From an uncultured Lachnospiraceae bacterium (GTDB lineage: Bacteria; Bacillota; Clostridia; Lachnospirales; Lachnospiraceae): 64,000 nt of DNA. Each line of letters begins with the position of its first letter. The stretch's first letter is position 1. The notes under the pieces are model-generated. The model was not told the origin of the DNA, did not search any database, and saw only the letters and a list, made by a program, of their open reading frames with translations. The position numbers and the translations under genes are program-made. The stretch lies in the NCBI GenBank assembly GCA_900314295.1, contig OMUU01000107.1, positions 5,201 through 69,200 on the forward strand. The letters are read 5' to 3'. Of the stretch, positions 54,519-63,277 are shown one piece after another.

Positions 54519-55667
54519 ATGAGGCGGGGAGAATTGAAATCGGGTATTTTGCCGTCTGATATTGTCAGATCAGGAGGGTGGACAGTATTTTTTGCGGTAA
54601 TGCTTTTGTTCGCAGCAGGATTGCTGTTCTGCGGCTGCAGCATGACGAAGGCGGAGCGGGAGAGCTCCGGGAATAGTGCGATCTCGGTTTTTGACGCGTC
54701 GGTGGAATCTGCCGATGCGGCTGTTGAAGGATCTTCCGGGGCACGGACGGATCAGGCAGAGAATCCGGAGACACGGACGTCTCAGAGGGGAGATGCGTCG
54801 CCTGTGTGCGGAGTCTGTATCGCGTCCGATAAATCCGCCTATCAGGTGCGCCTCTATCAGATCATGCAGAAGCAGGCAGAGAAAAAAGGGATCCGGCTGG
54901 TCTGGAAGTATGCCAACTGGGATGCGTCGCTTCAGAATGAGCAGATCCGTGAGCTGATTGACGACAACGTGGACGTGCTGATTATCTGCCCGGTCAATTC
55001 GAAGTCAATGCTCGATCCCCTGAAAGAGGCGCGAAGCAGGGAAATACCGGTGATTAATCTGAATATGAAGGTGGATGCCTATTCTGCAGTTTATGTCGAT
55101 ACGTATGTGGGAGCAAGCTCGCAGGAGGAGGGAAGTCTTGCGGCAAAGCTGGCGTGTGAGGTACTCCCGGACGGAGGTAAAGTCGCGATTCTGGAGGGAA
55201 CGCCGGGAACGGATCCGCAGATTTACCGCACACAGGGATTTGTGGACGAATTGAGAGACCGGACGGACATTCACATCGAGGCCACACGAAATGCGGACTG
55301 GAATCGTCAGACGGCAGAGCAAGAGACGAAGACTCTGATCGAGAAAATACCGGACCTCGGCCTGATATACTGTCAGGACAACAATATGGCTGCCGGAGCA
55401 ATTGCGGCCATACAGGAAGCGGGAAAAGAGCAGGAGATTCAGGTGATCGGGATCGGTGAGGCAGATGACGAGACAATGGAACTGCTGCATCAGGGGTATC
55501 TGAAGGGCTTTATCGTGCAGGACCCGGAGTTTGAGGCAAAGAGCGCGGTCAACTGTGCGGTTCATCTGGCGGCAGGAGGAAACGTCCGGCCATGGATACA
55601 GAATCCGGTGAGCATTGTGACAGAGGAGAACGCGTCAGAGTATCAGAGACCGATGGAATATATGTGA
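54519..55667 (+). CDS. Membrane-anchored periplasmic-binding-protein-like sensor component (XylFII-like position)
   Basis: N-terminal anchor WTVFFAVMLLFAAGLLFCGCS, then a type-I PBP fold (VLIICPVNS..., IPVINLN, GTPGTDPQIYRTQGF). It directly follows the HK gene. Confidence 0.8.
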   Translation: MRRGELKSGILPSDIVRSGGWTVFFAVMLLFAAGLLFCGCSMTKAERESSGNSAISVFDASVESADAAVEGSSGARTDQAENPETRTSQRGDASPVCGVCIASDKSAYQVRLYQIMQKQAEKKGIRLVWKYANWDASLQNEQIRELIDDNVDVLIICPVNSKSMLDPLKEARSREIPVINLNMKVDAYSAVYVDTYVGASSQEEGSLAAKLACEVLPDGGKVAILEGTPGTDPQIYRTQGFVDELRDRTDIHIEATRNADWNRQTAEQETKTLIEKIPDLGLIYCQDNNMAAGAIAAIQEAGKEQEIQVIGIGEADDETMELLHQGYLKGFIVQDPEFEAKSAVNCAVHLAAGGNVRPWIQNPVSIVTEENASEYQRPMEYM

Positions 55668-55674
55668 GCGGAAG

Positions 55675-55712
55675 CGGGATAAAACCAGCAGGGCCGGTTT
55701 TATCCCGTTAAT
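55675..55712 (+). terminator. Rho-independent terminator after the sensor genes
   Basis: CGGGATAAAACC ... GGTTTTATCCCG stem followed by TTAATAATT. Confidence 0.6.
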
Positions 55713-55893
55713 AATTAGTCGGCGTATGCCGGCACTTTTCGTCATAAGGCCTCAAAGAATAAGAACAGGATCTAAAAAAATAGACAACCTGCATGAAAAA
55801 ATTGAATTCCGAATACAACAACAAAAGATTACAGTATATGTAACACTTAAGGGAGAGGTTTCACAGAGATTAAAAATTTTTTATGAGGAGGAA

Positions 55894-57012
55894 ATGAAAA
55901 TGAAGAAGAAACTTCTGGTTACATTACTGTCTGCAGCCATGGCAGTGACTCTGGGCGCATGCGGATCATCCGGCGGATCTTCCGGAAGCTCGGCAGGTGC
56001 ATCATCAGCTGCCAAGGGAACATCAGAGAGCGCGTCGGCATCTGTATCCGCGACGTCCGCAGTAGAAGCCGCGGCGGAGGTGAAAAAGGCCGAGACCGGA
56101 GATACACCGACCATCGCCTTTGTGCCGAAGGTTATGGGTCAGGCATGGTGGGATTACGTGCAGAAGGGCGTTGAGGAGTGGTCAAAGGACACAGGATATG
56201 ATGTCATCTATAAAGGACCGACGGAAATCGACGCGGCGGCTCAGGTTCAGATCATGACCGATCTGGTGAACCAGGGAGTTGACATCCTCTGCTTCTCGCC
56301 GAACGATCCGGATGCATGTGAGGCGATCTGCAAGCAGGCCAGAGATAAGGGTATCATCGTGATTTCAACAGAAGCCTCCGGAATGGAGAACATTGATTAC
56401 GATGTGGAGGCCTTCGATGAAGCAGGAATGGGCGGATTCCTGATGGATCAGCTGGCAAAATCAATGGGCGAGGAAGGCCAGTATATTACAATGGTCGGAT
56501 CCATGACCATGGAGTCCCAAAACAACTGGGCGGATGCCGCGGTTGCCAGACAGGAAGAGGCGTATCCGAAGATGGAGCTCGTAGCGGACAAGAGAGTTGC
56601 GGATGATTCCGATGCAGAAAAGGCATATGAGCTCACCAAGCAGCTGCTGCAGAAATATCCGAATCTGAAGGGAATCCTGGGAACCGGATCCTTCGATGCA
56701 CCGGGTGCGGCGCGTGCGATTCAGGAGCTCGGATTACAGGGCAAGGTATTCGCAATCTCTGTCGCAATGCCGAGTGAGGTTAAGGACTATCTGGCAGACG
56801 GTACGCTCCAGAGCGTAGGTCTGTGGGATCCGGCAATCTCCGCGAAGGTTATGCTGAATGCAGGCGTGGATATGTTCAACGGCAAGAAGATCGAAGAAGG
56901 AATGGATCTGCAGGAGAAGGGCTATGAGGCAGTCAAGCTGAACGACAAGGTAATCGTCGGCGACGGTGCTATCGCCATCACGAATGACAATGTAGATGAT
57001 TTCGGATTCTGA
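55894..57012 (+). CDS. Sugar ABC transporter substrate-binding lipoprotein (RhaS/LsrB type)
   Basis: MKMKKKLLVTLLSAAMAVTLGACGSS has a lipobox. TIAFVPKVMGQAWWDYVQKGVEEWSKDTGYDVIYKGPTEIDAAAQVQ resembles rhamnose/AI-2 binding proteins. Confidence 0.85.
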   Translation: MKMKKKLLVTLLSAAMAVTLGACGSSGGSSGSSAGASSAAKGTSESASASVSATSAVEAAAEVKKAETGDTPTIAFVPKVMGQAWWDYVQKGVEEWSKDTGYDVIYKGPTEIDAAAQVQIMTDLVNQGVDILCFSPNDPDACEAICKQARDKGIIVISTEASGMENIDYDVEAFDEAGMGGFLMDQLAKSMGEEGQYITMVGSMTMESQNNWADAAVARQEEAYPKMELVADKRVADDSDAEKAYELTKQLLQKYPNLKGILGTGSFDAPGAARAIQELGLQGKVFAISVAMPSEVKDYLADGTLQSVGLWDPAISAKVMLNAGVDMFNGKKIEEGMDLQEKGYEAVKLNDKVIVGDGAIAITNDNVDDFGF

Positions 57013-57202
57013 TCCGGGTATGAGATCCGGCCGGTACTGCATATGGCAGGAGGGCCGGATCTTATAAGTATGACACCCGGTTCAATGATACGAGGATCAC
57101 AACTGTGAGAGAATAACCGTCTGGTATATATCATCTCGCTGCATTCTCTTCCCGGTTAACGAAGTGAAGCCTGTGATATCAATAGAGAAGGAGCTTGAAT
57201 CA

Positions 57203-58684
57203 ATGTCAGAATATTTGCTTGAGATGTCCGGTATCTGCAAAGCCTTTTCAGGTGTGCAGGCGCTGGATCATGTGAATTTCCATATCCGTCCGGGGAAGGT
57301 TATGTGCCTGGCCGGTGAAAACGGATGCGGAAAATCAACCCTGGTAAAAATTATATCCGGTGTTTACGTCAGAGATCAGGGAGAGGTCTTTTTTCAGGGT
57401 CAGAAGCTGGATCGGATCACGCCGGCGGAGGCGACCCGGCTCGGCATCCAGGTCATCTATCAGGACCTTTCGATTTTCCCGAATCTGACGGTTCGTGAAA
57501 ATCTGGCGATTAACTCGGAAATAACAGACCGGAGAAAAATCGTCAACCGGAAGCGCTGGACCAAAACCGCTGAGGAAGCCCTGGCGAAAATCGGATACCA
57601 GATTGATCTGGACATGAAAATGGGGGAACTGAGCGTAGCGGATAAGCAGCTGGTCGCGATCTGCCGCGCACTGTTGTTCAATGCCCGGCTGATCATTATG
57701 GATGAGCCGACGACGGCACTTACGAAAAGAGAGGTGGATGCGCTTTTCCGCACCGTTCGGAAACTGAAGGAAGAAGGAATCGCCATCATGTTCATCAGCC
57801 ACAAGGTGGAGGAGATCTTTGAGATCTCGGATGATGTGTGTATCATGCGGAACGGAAAAAACGTCTTCGAGGGTCCAACCGCAAAGCTGACGGCGGATGA
57901 TTTTTCCTATTATATGACAGGAAGGCGGATTCAGCCGGATCCGTTCGTGCCGGAAAAAATCGAGGAAAAGCCGGTGCTCGAGGTGGAGAAGCTGTGTGCG
58001 GAACCGTATTATCACGATATCAGCTTTCAGCTCAGAAAGGGAGAAATTCTGGGAATTACCGGCCTTCTGGGTTCCGGGCGTACCGAGCTGGCAATGAGCC
58101 TGTTCGGCCTGATTCGGCCGGATTCCGGAAAAATCGTATTGAACGGACAGCCGGTCAGCATCAAATCGCCGGAAAAGGCAAAGGAGCTGCGGATCGGATA
58201 CGTTCCGGAGGATCGTCTGACCGAGGGCCTGTGTATGCAGCAGCCGATTGCGGACAATATCATGCTCGCGTCGCTGGACAAGGTTTCCAGAAGAGGTATC
58301 CTGAACCACCGGAAGCTTTTTTCAGAGGCCGATAAGTGGGTGAAGACGTTCTCGATCGCGACGGATGATCCTCATAAATATGCGCAGACTCTTTCCGGGG
58401 GAAACCAGCAGAAGATCGTTCTTTCAAAGTGGATGAACAATAACCTGGACATCCTGATTCTGAACGGTCCGACCGTGGGCGTGGATATCGGCGCAAAGCA
58501 GGATATTCACCACCTGGTGCACGGTCTGGCGCATAAGGGACTGGCGGTCATTATCATATCGGATGATATTTCTGAGGTCGTGACGAACTGCAGCCGGGTC
58601 ATTGTCATGAAAGAAGGCATGATCGTGGGAGAAATGCAATCAGAGGAAATCACGGATCAGAGGATCACGGAAATCATTCACTGA
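57203..58684 (+). CDS. Sugar ABC transporter ATP-binding protein (duplicated ABC domains, RbsA/RhaT-like)
   Basis: Walker A GENGCGKST, signature LSVADKQ/LSGGNQQK and Walker B IIMDEPT. The start MSEYLLEM is preceded by AAGGAG. Confidence 0.9.
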   Translation: MSEYLLEMSGICKAFSGVQALDHVNFHIRPGKVMCLAGENGCGKSTLVKIISGVYVRDQGEVFFQGQKLDRITPAEATRLGIQVIYQDLSIFPNLTVRENLAINSEITDRRKIVNRKRWTKTAEEALAKIGYQIDLDMKMGELSVADKQLVAICRALLFNARLIIMDEPTTALTKREVDALFRTVRKLKEEGIAIMFISHKVEEIFEISDDVCIMRNGKNVFEGPTAKLTADDFSYYMTGRRIQPDPFVPEKIEEKPVLEVEKLCAEPYYHDISFQLRKGEILGITGLLGSGRTELAMSLFGLIRPDSGKIVLNGQPVSIKSPEKAKELRIGYVPEDRLTEGLCMQQPIADNIMLASLDKVSRRGILNHRKLFSEADKWVKTFSIATDDPHKYAQTLSGGNQQKIVLSKWMNNNLDILILNGPTVGVDIGAKQDIHHLVHGLAHKGLAVIIISDDISEVVTNCSRVIVMKEGMIVGEMQSEEITDQRITEIIH

Positions 58685-58697
58685 GGGGGCATCTGAA

Positions 58698-59699
58698 ATG
58701 AACAAAACAGCATGGAAACGTCTGACCAAACGGACGGAATTTTATATTTTTCTTGTTCTGATCGCCTTGATTGTGGGCATTCAGATTGTCTCTCACGGGC
58801 AGCTGCTGGAGCCGACCACACTCGTCACGATCCTTCGTGGAATGGTTGTGGACGGAATGTTCGCTCTGATCTGCCTGATCGTTATGGTTTCCGGCGGATT
58901 TGACCTGTCCTTTCCGGCAATCTCCGCCTTTGCGTATTCGGCGGCAACGACTATTTGTGTGAATCAGGGCTGGTGCAAGACGAATCCTCTGGCAGGATTT
59001 CTGCTCGCGATTCTCTTCGGGGCCATTCTCGGAGCCTTTAACGGCTGGATCATCGCGAATTTCAAGCTCAACACGATGATCGTTACACTCGGTACACAGA
59101 CGTTCTTCACGGGTCTTACGATGGGGCTGTTCCAGATGAAGGAAATCACGTCGACGCTTCCGGCATCCTTCCGGGCTCTGGGTGAAAGCTATTTCGTAGA
59201 AGTATACAATTCACAGGGACAGCGATCAACGCTTACAACGTCGATTGTATTTCTGATCATCATGATTGCGGTTACCTCCTTTATTCTTCGGAAGACCATG
59301 TTCGGCCGTGCGCTGTACGCGATCGGCGGCAATGAGGTGTCTGCAGAGCGCGCCGGTTTCAATGTGAAGCGGACAAAGTTTATTCTGTATGTGGTGGTCG
59401 GTGCGCTTGCCGGATTCATCGGCATGGTGCGTGTATGCCTTGCCAGACAGTCCATTCCGAAGGCAATGGTCGGCAAAGAGATGCAGATCATTCCGGCGGT
59501 TATTCTGGGCGGAGCCAGTATCTTCGGAGGAGAAGGCTCGGTGTTCGGAACGGTCTGCGCGATCGGACTCATCACCGTCGTATCCAACAGCATGCTTCTG
59601 GTGGGCATCGATTCTTACTGGCAGAATTTCTTTAATGGCCTGGTAATATTGATCGGTATCACGATCTCAGCCGTACAGGCGAAGAGACAGCGCAGATAA
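58698..59699 (+). CDS. Sugar ABC transporter permease (RbsC/RhaP-like)
   Basis: 333 aa polytopic protein with the typical branched-sugar permease loop ALYAIGGNEVSAERAGFNV. Confidence 0.9.
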   Translation: MNKTAWKRLTKRTEFYIFLVLIALIVGIQIVSHGQLLEPTTLVTILRGMVVDGMFALICLIVMVSGGFDLSFPAISAFAYSAATTICVNQGWCKTNPLAGFLLAILFGAILGAFNGWIIANFKLNTMIVTLGTQTFFTGLTMGLFQMKEITSTLPASFRALGESYFVEVYNSQGQRSTLTTSIVFLIIMIAVTSFILRKTMFGRALYAIGGNEVSAERAGFNVKRTKFILYVVVGALAGFIGMVRVCLARQSIPKAMVGKEMQIIPAVILGGASIFGGEGSVFGTVCAIGLITVVSNSMLLVGIDSYWQNFFNGLVILIGITISAVQAKRQRR

Positions 59700-59713
59700 G
59701 GAGGCTGAGACAG

Positions 59714-60745
59714 ATGAAATTCAAGAATTTTGCGAATAAAAATCAATATACGGTCATGCTTCTCGTCATGCTGGCAGCGGTTCTGGTGTTCTTCTCCATA
59801 ACCAGGGGAAGTCTTCTGTGGACCGGAGACGCCTGGTACGGGATGGCGATGCAGTTTCCCGAGTACGGTCTGATGACGCTTGGCGTAATGTTCTGCTTCA
59901 TCACCGGTAACATCGATATGTCCTTTGTGGCACTGGGAAATTTTGCGACAATCTTTGCGGTTCGGTACATGGCTGCCAATGCGGGGGAGGGAGCTTCCGA
60001 GGGACACATCCGCGCCGTGATTCTGACTGGAATTCTGATCACGCTGCTGATCTGCCTGATCGGCGGATTCATCAATGGAATTCTCGTGACAAAACTCGGG
60101 ATTCCGCCTGTAATGGCCACCATCGCCATGCAGCTTGTGTGGCAGGGATTGTCCACGGCGCTCACACAGGGCAATACCGTTACGGGTCTTCCGGCAATGT
60201 ATACGGAAATCGGACATTCCAAGGTACTCGGATTTATTCCGTTCCCGCTTTTTATCTTCATCATCGCATTTATTGTCTGTGCACTCATCGTTCGTTACAC
60301 CGTGTACGGAGAAATGATCTACATGATCGGAACCAATGTCAAGGCGGTGCGGTATTCCGGAATCAACACCGACCGCGTGGTTATTCTGACCTTTGTGATT
60401 ACGGCACTGATTTCCGGCGTTGGAAGTCTGATCATGGTATCGACGATGGCCTCCGCGAAGGCGGATTACGGTTCGTCCTACGTGATGCGGGTCATTCTGA
60501 TCCTCGTCCTTGCCGGCATCCTTCCGGATGGAGGAATGGGCAAGATCTCCGATCTGCTTCTGGCAACCGTTATCATTCAGATCATTGCATCCGGCGTAAA
60601 CATGTTTGCGAATCTGAATACCTATTATGCAAGCCTGATCTGGGGAGCGCTGCTTCTGATCGTTCTGATCCTGAGCACAAAGCTGGCAGGAGGAATCTTC
60701 AAAATCCGAAAAGTGGAGAAGAGAAAAGAGATAAGCTCGCAGTAA
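59714..60745 (+). CDS. Sugar ABC transporter permease (RbsC/RhaQ-like)
   Basis: 343 aa polytopic protein. MIYMIGTNVKAVRYSGINT is the equivalent loop. Confidence 0.9.
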   Translation: MKFKNFANKNQYTVMLLVMLAAVLVFFSITRGSLLWTGDAWYGMAMQFPEYGLMTLGVMFCFITGNIDMSFVALGNFATIFAVRYMAANAGEGASEGHIRAVILTGILITLLICLIGGFINGILVTKLGIPPVMATIAMQLVWQGLSTALTQGNTVTGLPAMYTEIGHSKVLGFIPFPLFIFIIAFIVCALIVRYTVYGEMIYMIGTNVKAVRYSGINTDRVVILTFVITALISGVGSLIMVSTMASAKADYGSSYVMRVILILVLAGILPDGGMGKISDLLLATVIIQIIASGVNMFANLNTYYASLIWGALLLIVLILSTKLAGGIFKIRKVEKRKEISSQ

Positions 60746-60908
60746 ATGGTCATATGCGAAGAGGTACCGGATACTGTATAGGATATGTGCCGGTTATTAC
60801 TTCGGGATTTTGCGATAGCAACAGGCATACGCATTTTCGCAGTGCTGCGGAAACGGTTATGAAACGAGAACGTTAATTATCACACTTTGTTTTAGAGAGG
60901 ACTGGAAA

Positions 60909-61958
60909 ATGAATAGTATCGAGAGATTTTACGCAACGATTGAGAGAAAACCCGTGGATCGTCCGGCGTGCTGGCTGGGAGATCCGACGCTTGCCGCTGT
61001 ACCTGCGCTCTGCGAGTTCTATGGAGTAGACAATGTCAATGAGCTGAAGAAGGTGTGCGGAGATGATTTCTACGCGGTGGACATTCCGTACGAGTCGCCG
61101 CATTGCTCGGCTATTTTCGCTGCATTCGACTGGTACATGAATGGAAGCAATGTGGACACGGAGCACAGAACGCTGACGGCCGACGGGTGCTTCGCGCATT
61201 GTCAGGATCTGGACGATGTAAAGGCAGTCAATTTCCCGTGGCCGGATCCGGAGAAATATATCAGTGTGGAGGAATGTAAGAGAAGAGTAGAAGAGGCACC
61301 GGCGGACAAGACGGTTTTTGCCCTGATGTGGGCATGCCACTTCCAGGATACCTGCGCAGCTTTCGGTATGCAGACGGCCCTGATGAATATGATCGAGGAT
61401 CCGGAGATGGTGCATTACGTAGATGATCACATCGTTGACTTCTATCTGAAGGCACAGAAGATCTTCCTCGAGGCGACAAAGGGAAAGGTTCATGCGATGC
61501 TGATCGGAGATGACATCGGAAGCCAGAGAGGACTTATGGTCAGTCCGCAGATTATCCGTGAGTTCATCCTTCCGGGCGCAAAGAAGCTGATTGACCAGGC
61601 GCATTCTTACGGCGTGAAGATTATCTATCACTCCTGCGGTTCTATCGTTGAGGCGATTCCGATGCTGATCGAGGCTGGCGTAGACGCGATTCACCCGATT
61701 CAGGCTCTGGCGGCGGGAATGGACGCGAAGAATCTGAAGGATAAATTCGAGGGAAAGGTTTCTTTCTGCGGAGGCGTCGATACGCAGAATCTGCTTCCGT
61801 CAGGAACTCCAGAAGAGGTTCGCGCGAAGGTCCGCGAGCTTCGCGAGCTCTTCCCGACCGGACTGATCATTTCCCCGAGCCATGAAGGACTGCAGCCGGA
61901 CGTTCCGCCGAGAAATGTAAAGGCACTGTTTGATGAAGCAACGAAGATTTACGAGTAA
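60909..61958 (+). CDS. URO-D / MT2-methyltransferase family protein, paralog 2 (retains an H-x-C ... C pattern)
   Basis: 349 aa. DDIGSQRGLMVSPQIIREF ... KIIYHSCGSI (His241/Cys243, codons at 61629-61637) ... GKVSFCGGVD (Cys287). Confidence 0.8.
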   Translation: MNSIERFYATIERKPVDRPACWLGDPTLAAVPALCEFYGVDNVNELKKVCGDDFYAVDIPYESPHCSAIFAAFDWYMNGSNVDTEHRTLTADGCFAHCQDLDDVKAVNFPWPDPEKYISVEECKRRVEEAPADKTVFALMWACHFQDTCAAFGMQTALMNMIEDPEMVHYVDDHIVDFYLKAQKIFLEATKGKVHAMLIGDDIGSQRGLMVSPQIIREFILPGAKKLIDQAHSYGVKIIYHSCGSIVEAIPMLIEAGVDAIHPIQALAAGMDAKNLKDKFEGKVSFCGGVDTQNLLPSGTPEEVRAKVRELRELFPTGLIISPSHEGLQPDVPPRNVKALFDEATKIYE

Positions 61959-62005
61959 ATGACATGATGATGTGTCCTGGAGCCGAAGGCTCCCGGACTC
62001 CGCAA

Positions 62006-62037
62006 ATCGAGAGAAGCGCAGGTTCTCGAGATGGAGG
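62006..62037 (+). repeat. 32-nt hairpin motif, copy 2 (ATCGAGAGAAGCGCAGGTTCTCGAGATGGAGG)
   Basis: 29 of 32 nt identical to 17371-17402. It lies in the 117-nt spacer before rhaM. Confidence 0.6.
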
Positions 62038-62075
62038 CTCCGGACAGATACGAATGAAATGTGCGGGAGGTAGCA

Positions 62076-62402
62076 ATGGTTAAGCGATTCGGGCAGGTGA
62101 TCCGGATTAAACCGGGTGATCTGGAACAATATAAGAAATATCACGCAAATCCGTTTCCCGGCGTCAATGAGATGATCCGGAAATGTCACCTGAAGAATTA
62201 TTCCATCTATTCGAGAGGGGATTATCTCTTTACCTACTTCGAGTATGACGGAGACGATTACGATAAAGACATGGCGATGATGGCGGCGGATCCGGCTACG
62301 CAGGACTGGTGGGATCATGTGAAGCCCTTGATGCAGCCGCTGGATGACAGAAAAGAAGGGGAATTCTGGTCGGATATGGAGGAAATCTATCATCTCGACT
62401 AA
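62076..62402 (+). CDS. rhaM: L-rhamnose mutarotase
   Basis: MVKRFGQVIRIKPGDLEQYKKYHANPFPGV...NYSIY...QDWWDHV...EEIYHLD matches the YiiL/RhaM pattern. The RBS is GGGAGG. Confidence 0.85.
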   Translation: MVKRFGQVIRIKPGDLEQYKKYHANPFPGVNEMIRKCHLKNYSIYSRGDYLFTYFEYDGDDYDKDMAMMAADPATQDWWDHVKPLMQPLDDRKEGEFWSDMEEIYHLD

Positions 62403-62435
62403 ACCCTGACCATATGTTTTTGTATTTATTTGCGG

Positions 62436-62502
62436 GGATCCTCCCATGCACGTCCGTATATCGGCCGGTCGGGCATGGGAGGATCCTTTATCCTTGTTTT
62501 TT
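62436..62502 (+). terminator. Rho-independent terminator after rhaM
   Basis: 14-bp stem GGATCCTCCCATGC / GCATGGGAGGATCC followed by TTTATCCTTGTTTTTT. Confidence 0.7.
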
Positions 62503-62772
62503 ACAGTAATCGGAATCAGTTCATTGTTCGTTTTTTCGACTTTTGTTTTTTCCATTCTTTCCTCCGCTTTGAGGTTCCAAATTGGAACCTCAAAAATTGT
62601 ACTCTCTTATATACGTGGTTATCCTTCGGGGAAAAGGTTAGATGAAACCGAGGATCTGGAGCCGGAGATCCTGACGGAGAGCAGATCGAGAACCTGATAT
62701 AAGAGGGAAAATTTCAGCAGAGTGTGCACGTGATGGCTTATCTGCTGGCGTTACGTATTCTGAATGCATGAT

Positions 62773-63183
62773 TTATACAGCCGGGGTGTGCGGGTCGCTC
62801 CATTTTTTTCTGTACTGGAGAGGCGTCATGTTTACATGTGCTTTGAACTGGCGAATGAAATGACTGGCACTTCGAAATCCGCATTGAGAAGAGATTGTCT
62901 CCATATCTAAATTGGAGTATTTCAGAAGCTCTTTCGCATGGTTCACTCTGCAGAGAATAATATATTCGATTAAGGTATCTCCGACGTAGCGGTGAAATTC
63001 ATGGGACAGGTAATATCTGCTGACTCCGCAGATTCCGGATAATTCGTCCAGGGAAAGAGGTTCCGTAAATCGGTGATTAATCTCCTGAATGGCTCGTTTG
63101 ATATAATTTTGAAATCTCTCGCTCATCTGGACGGGAGATTTTTTAGTGGAGGAAACAGATGAAACGACTTTTAAAAAACGCAT
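62773..63183 (-). CDS. AraC-family HTH-only protein (MarA/SoxS-sized, or a truncated AraC regulator)
   Basis: 136 aa with two HTH units (LSLDELSGICGVSRYYLSHEF and METISSQCGFRSASHFIRQFK). There is no sensor domain. Confidence 0.75.
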   Translation of the reverse strand: MRFLKVVSSVSSTKKSPVQMSERFQNYIKRAIQEINHRFTEPLSLDELSGICGVSRYYLSHEFHRYVGDTLIEYIILCRVNHAKELLKYSNLDMETISSQCGFRSASHFIRQFKAHVNMTPLQYRKKWSDPHTPAV

Positions 63184-63277
63184 GGATTCGTTACAATAAT
63201 GTTCAAAGGAAGTATCAATCAGGTGACATGAAACAGGAAGCAGTCATGGAGAACGGCTCGGCCAGAGGAGGACGATA

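Noticed and set aside
57021-57062. Full terminator between the SBP and ATPase genes of the sugar ABC operon
   Set aside because: The 10-bp stem AGATCCGGCC/GGCCGGATCT is real but is not followed by a U-tract. It is more likely an intra-operon stabiliser or partial attenuator, so I did not call it a terminator.
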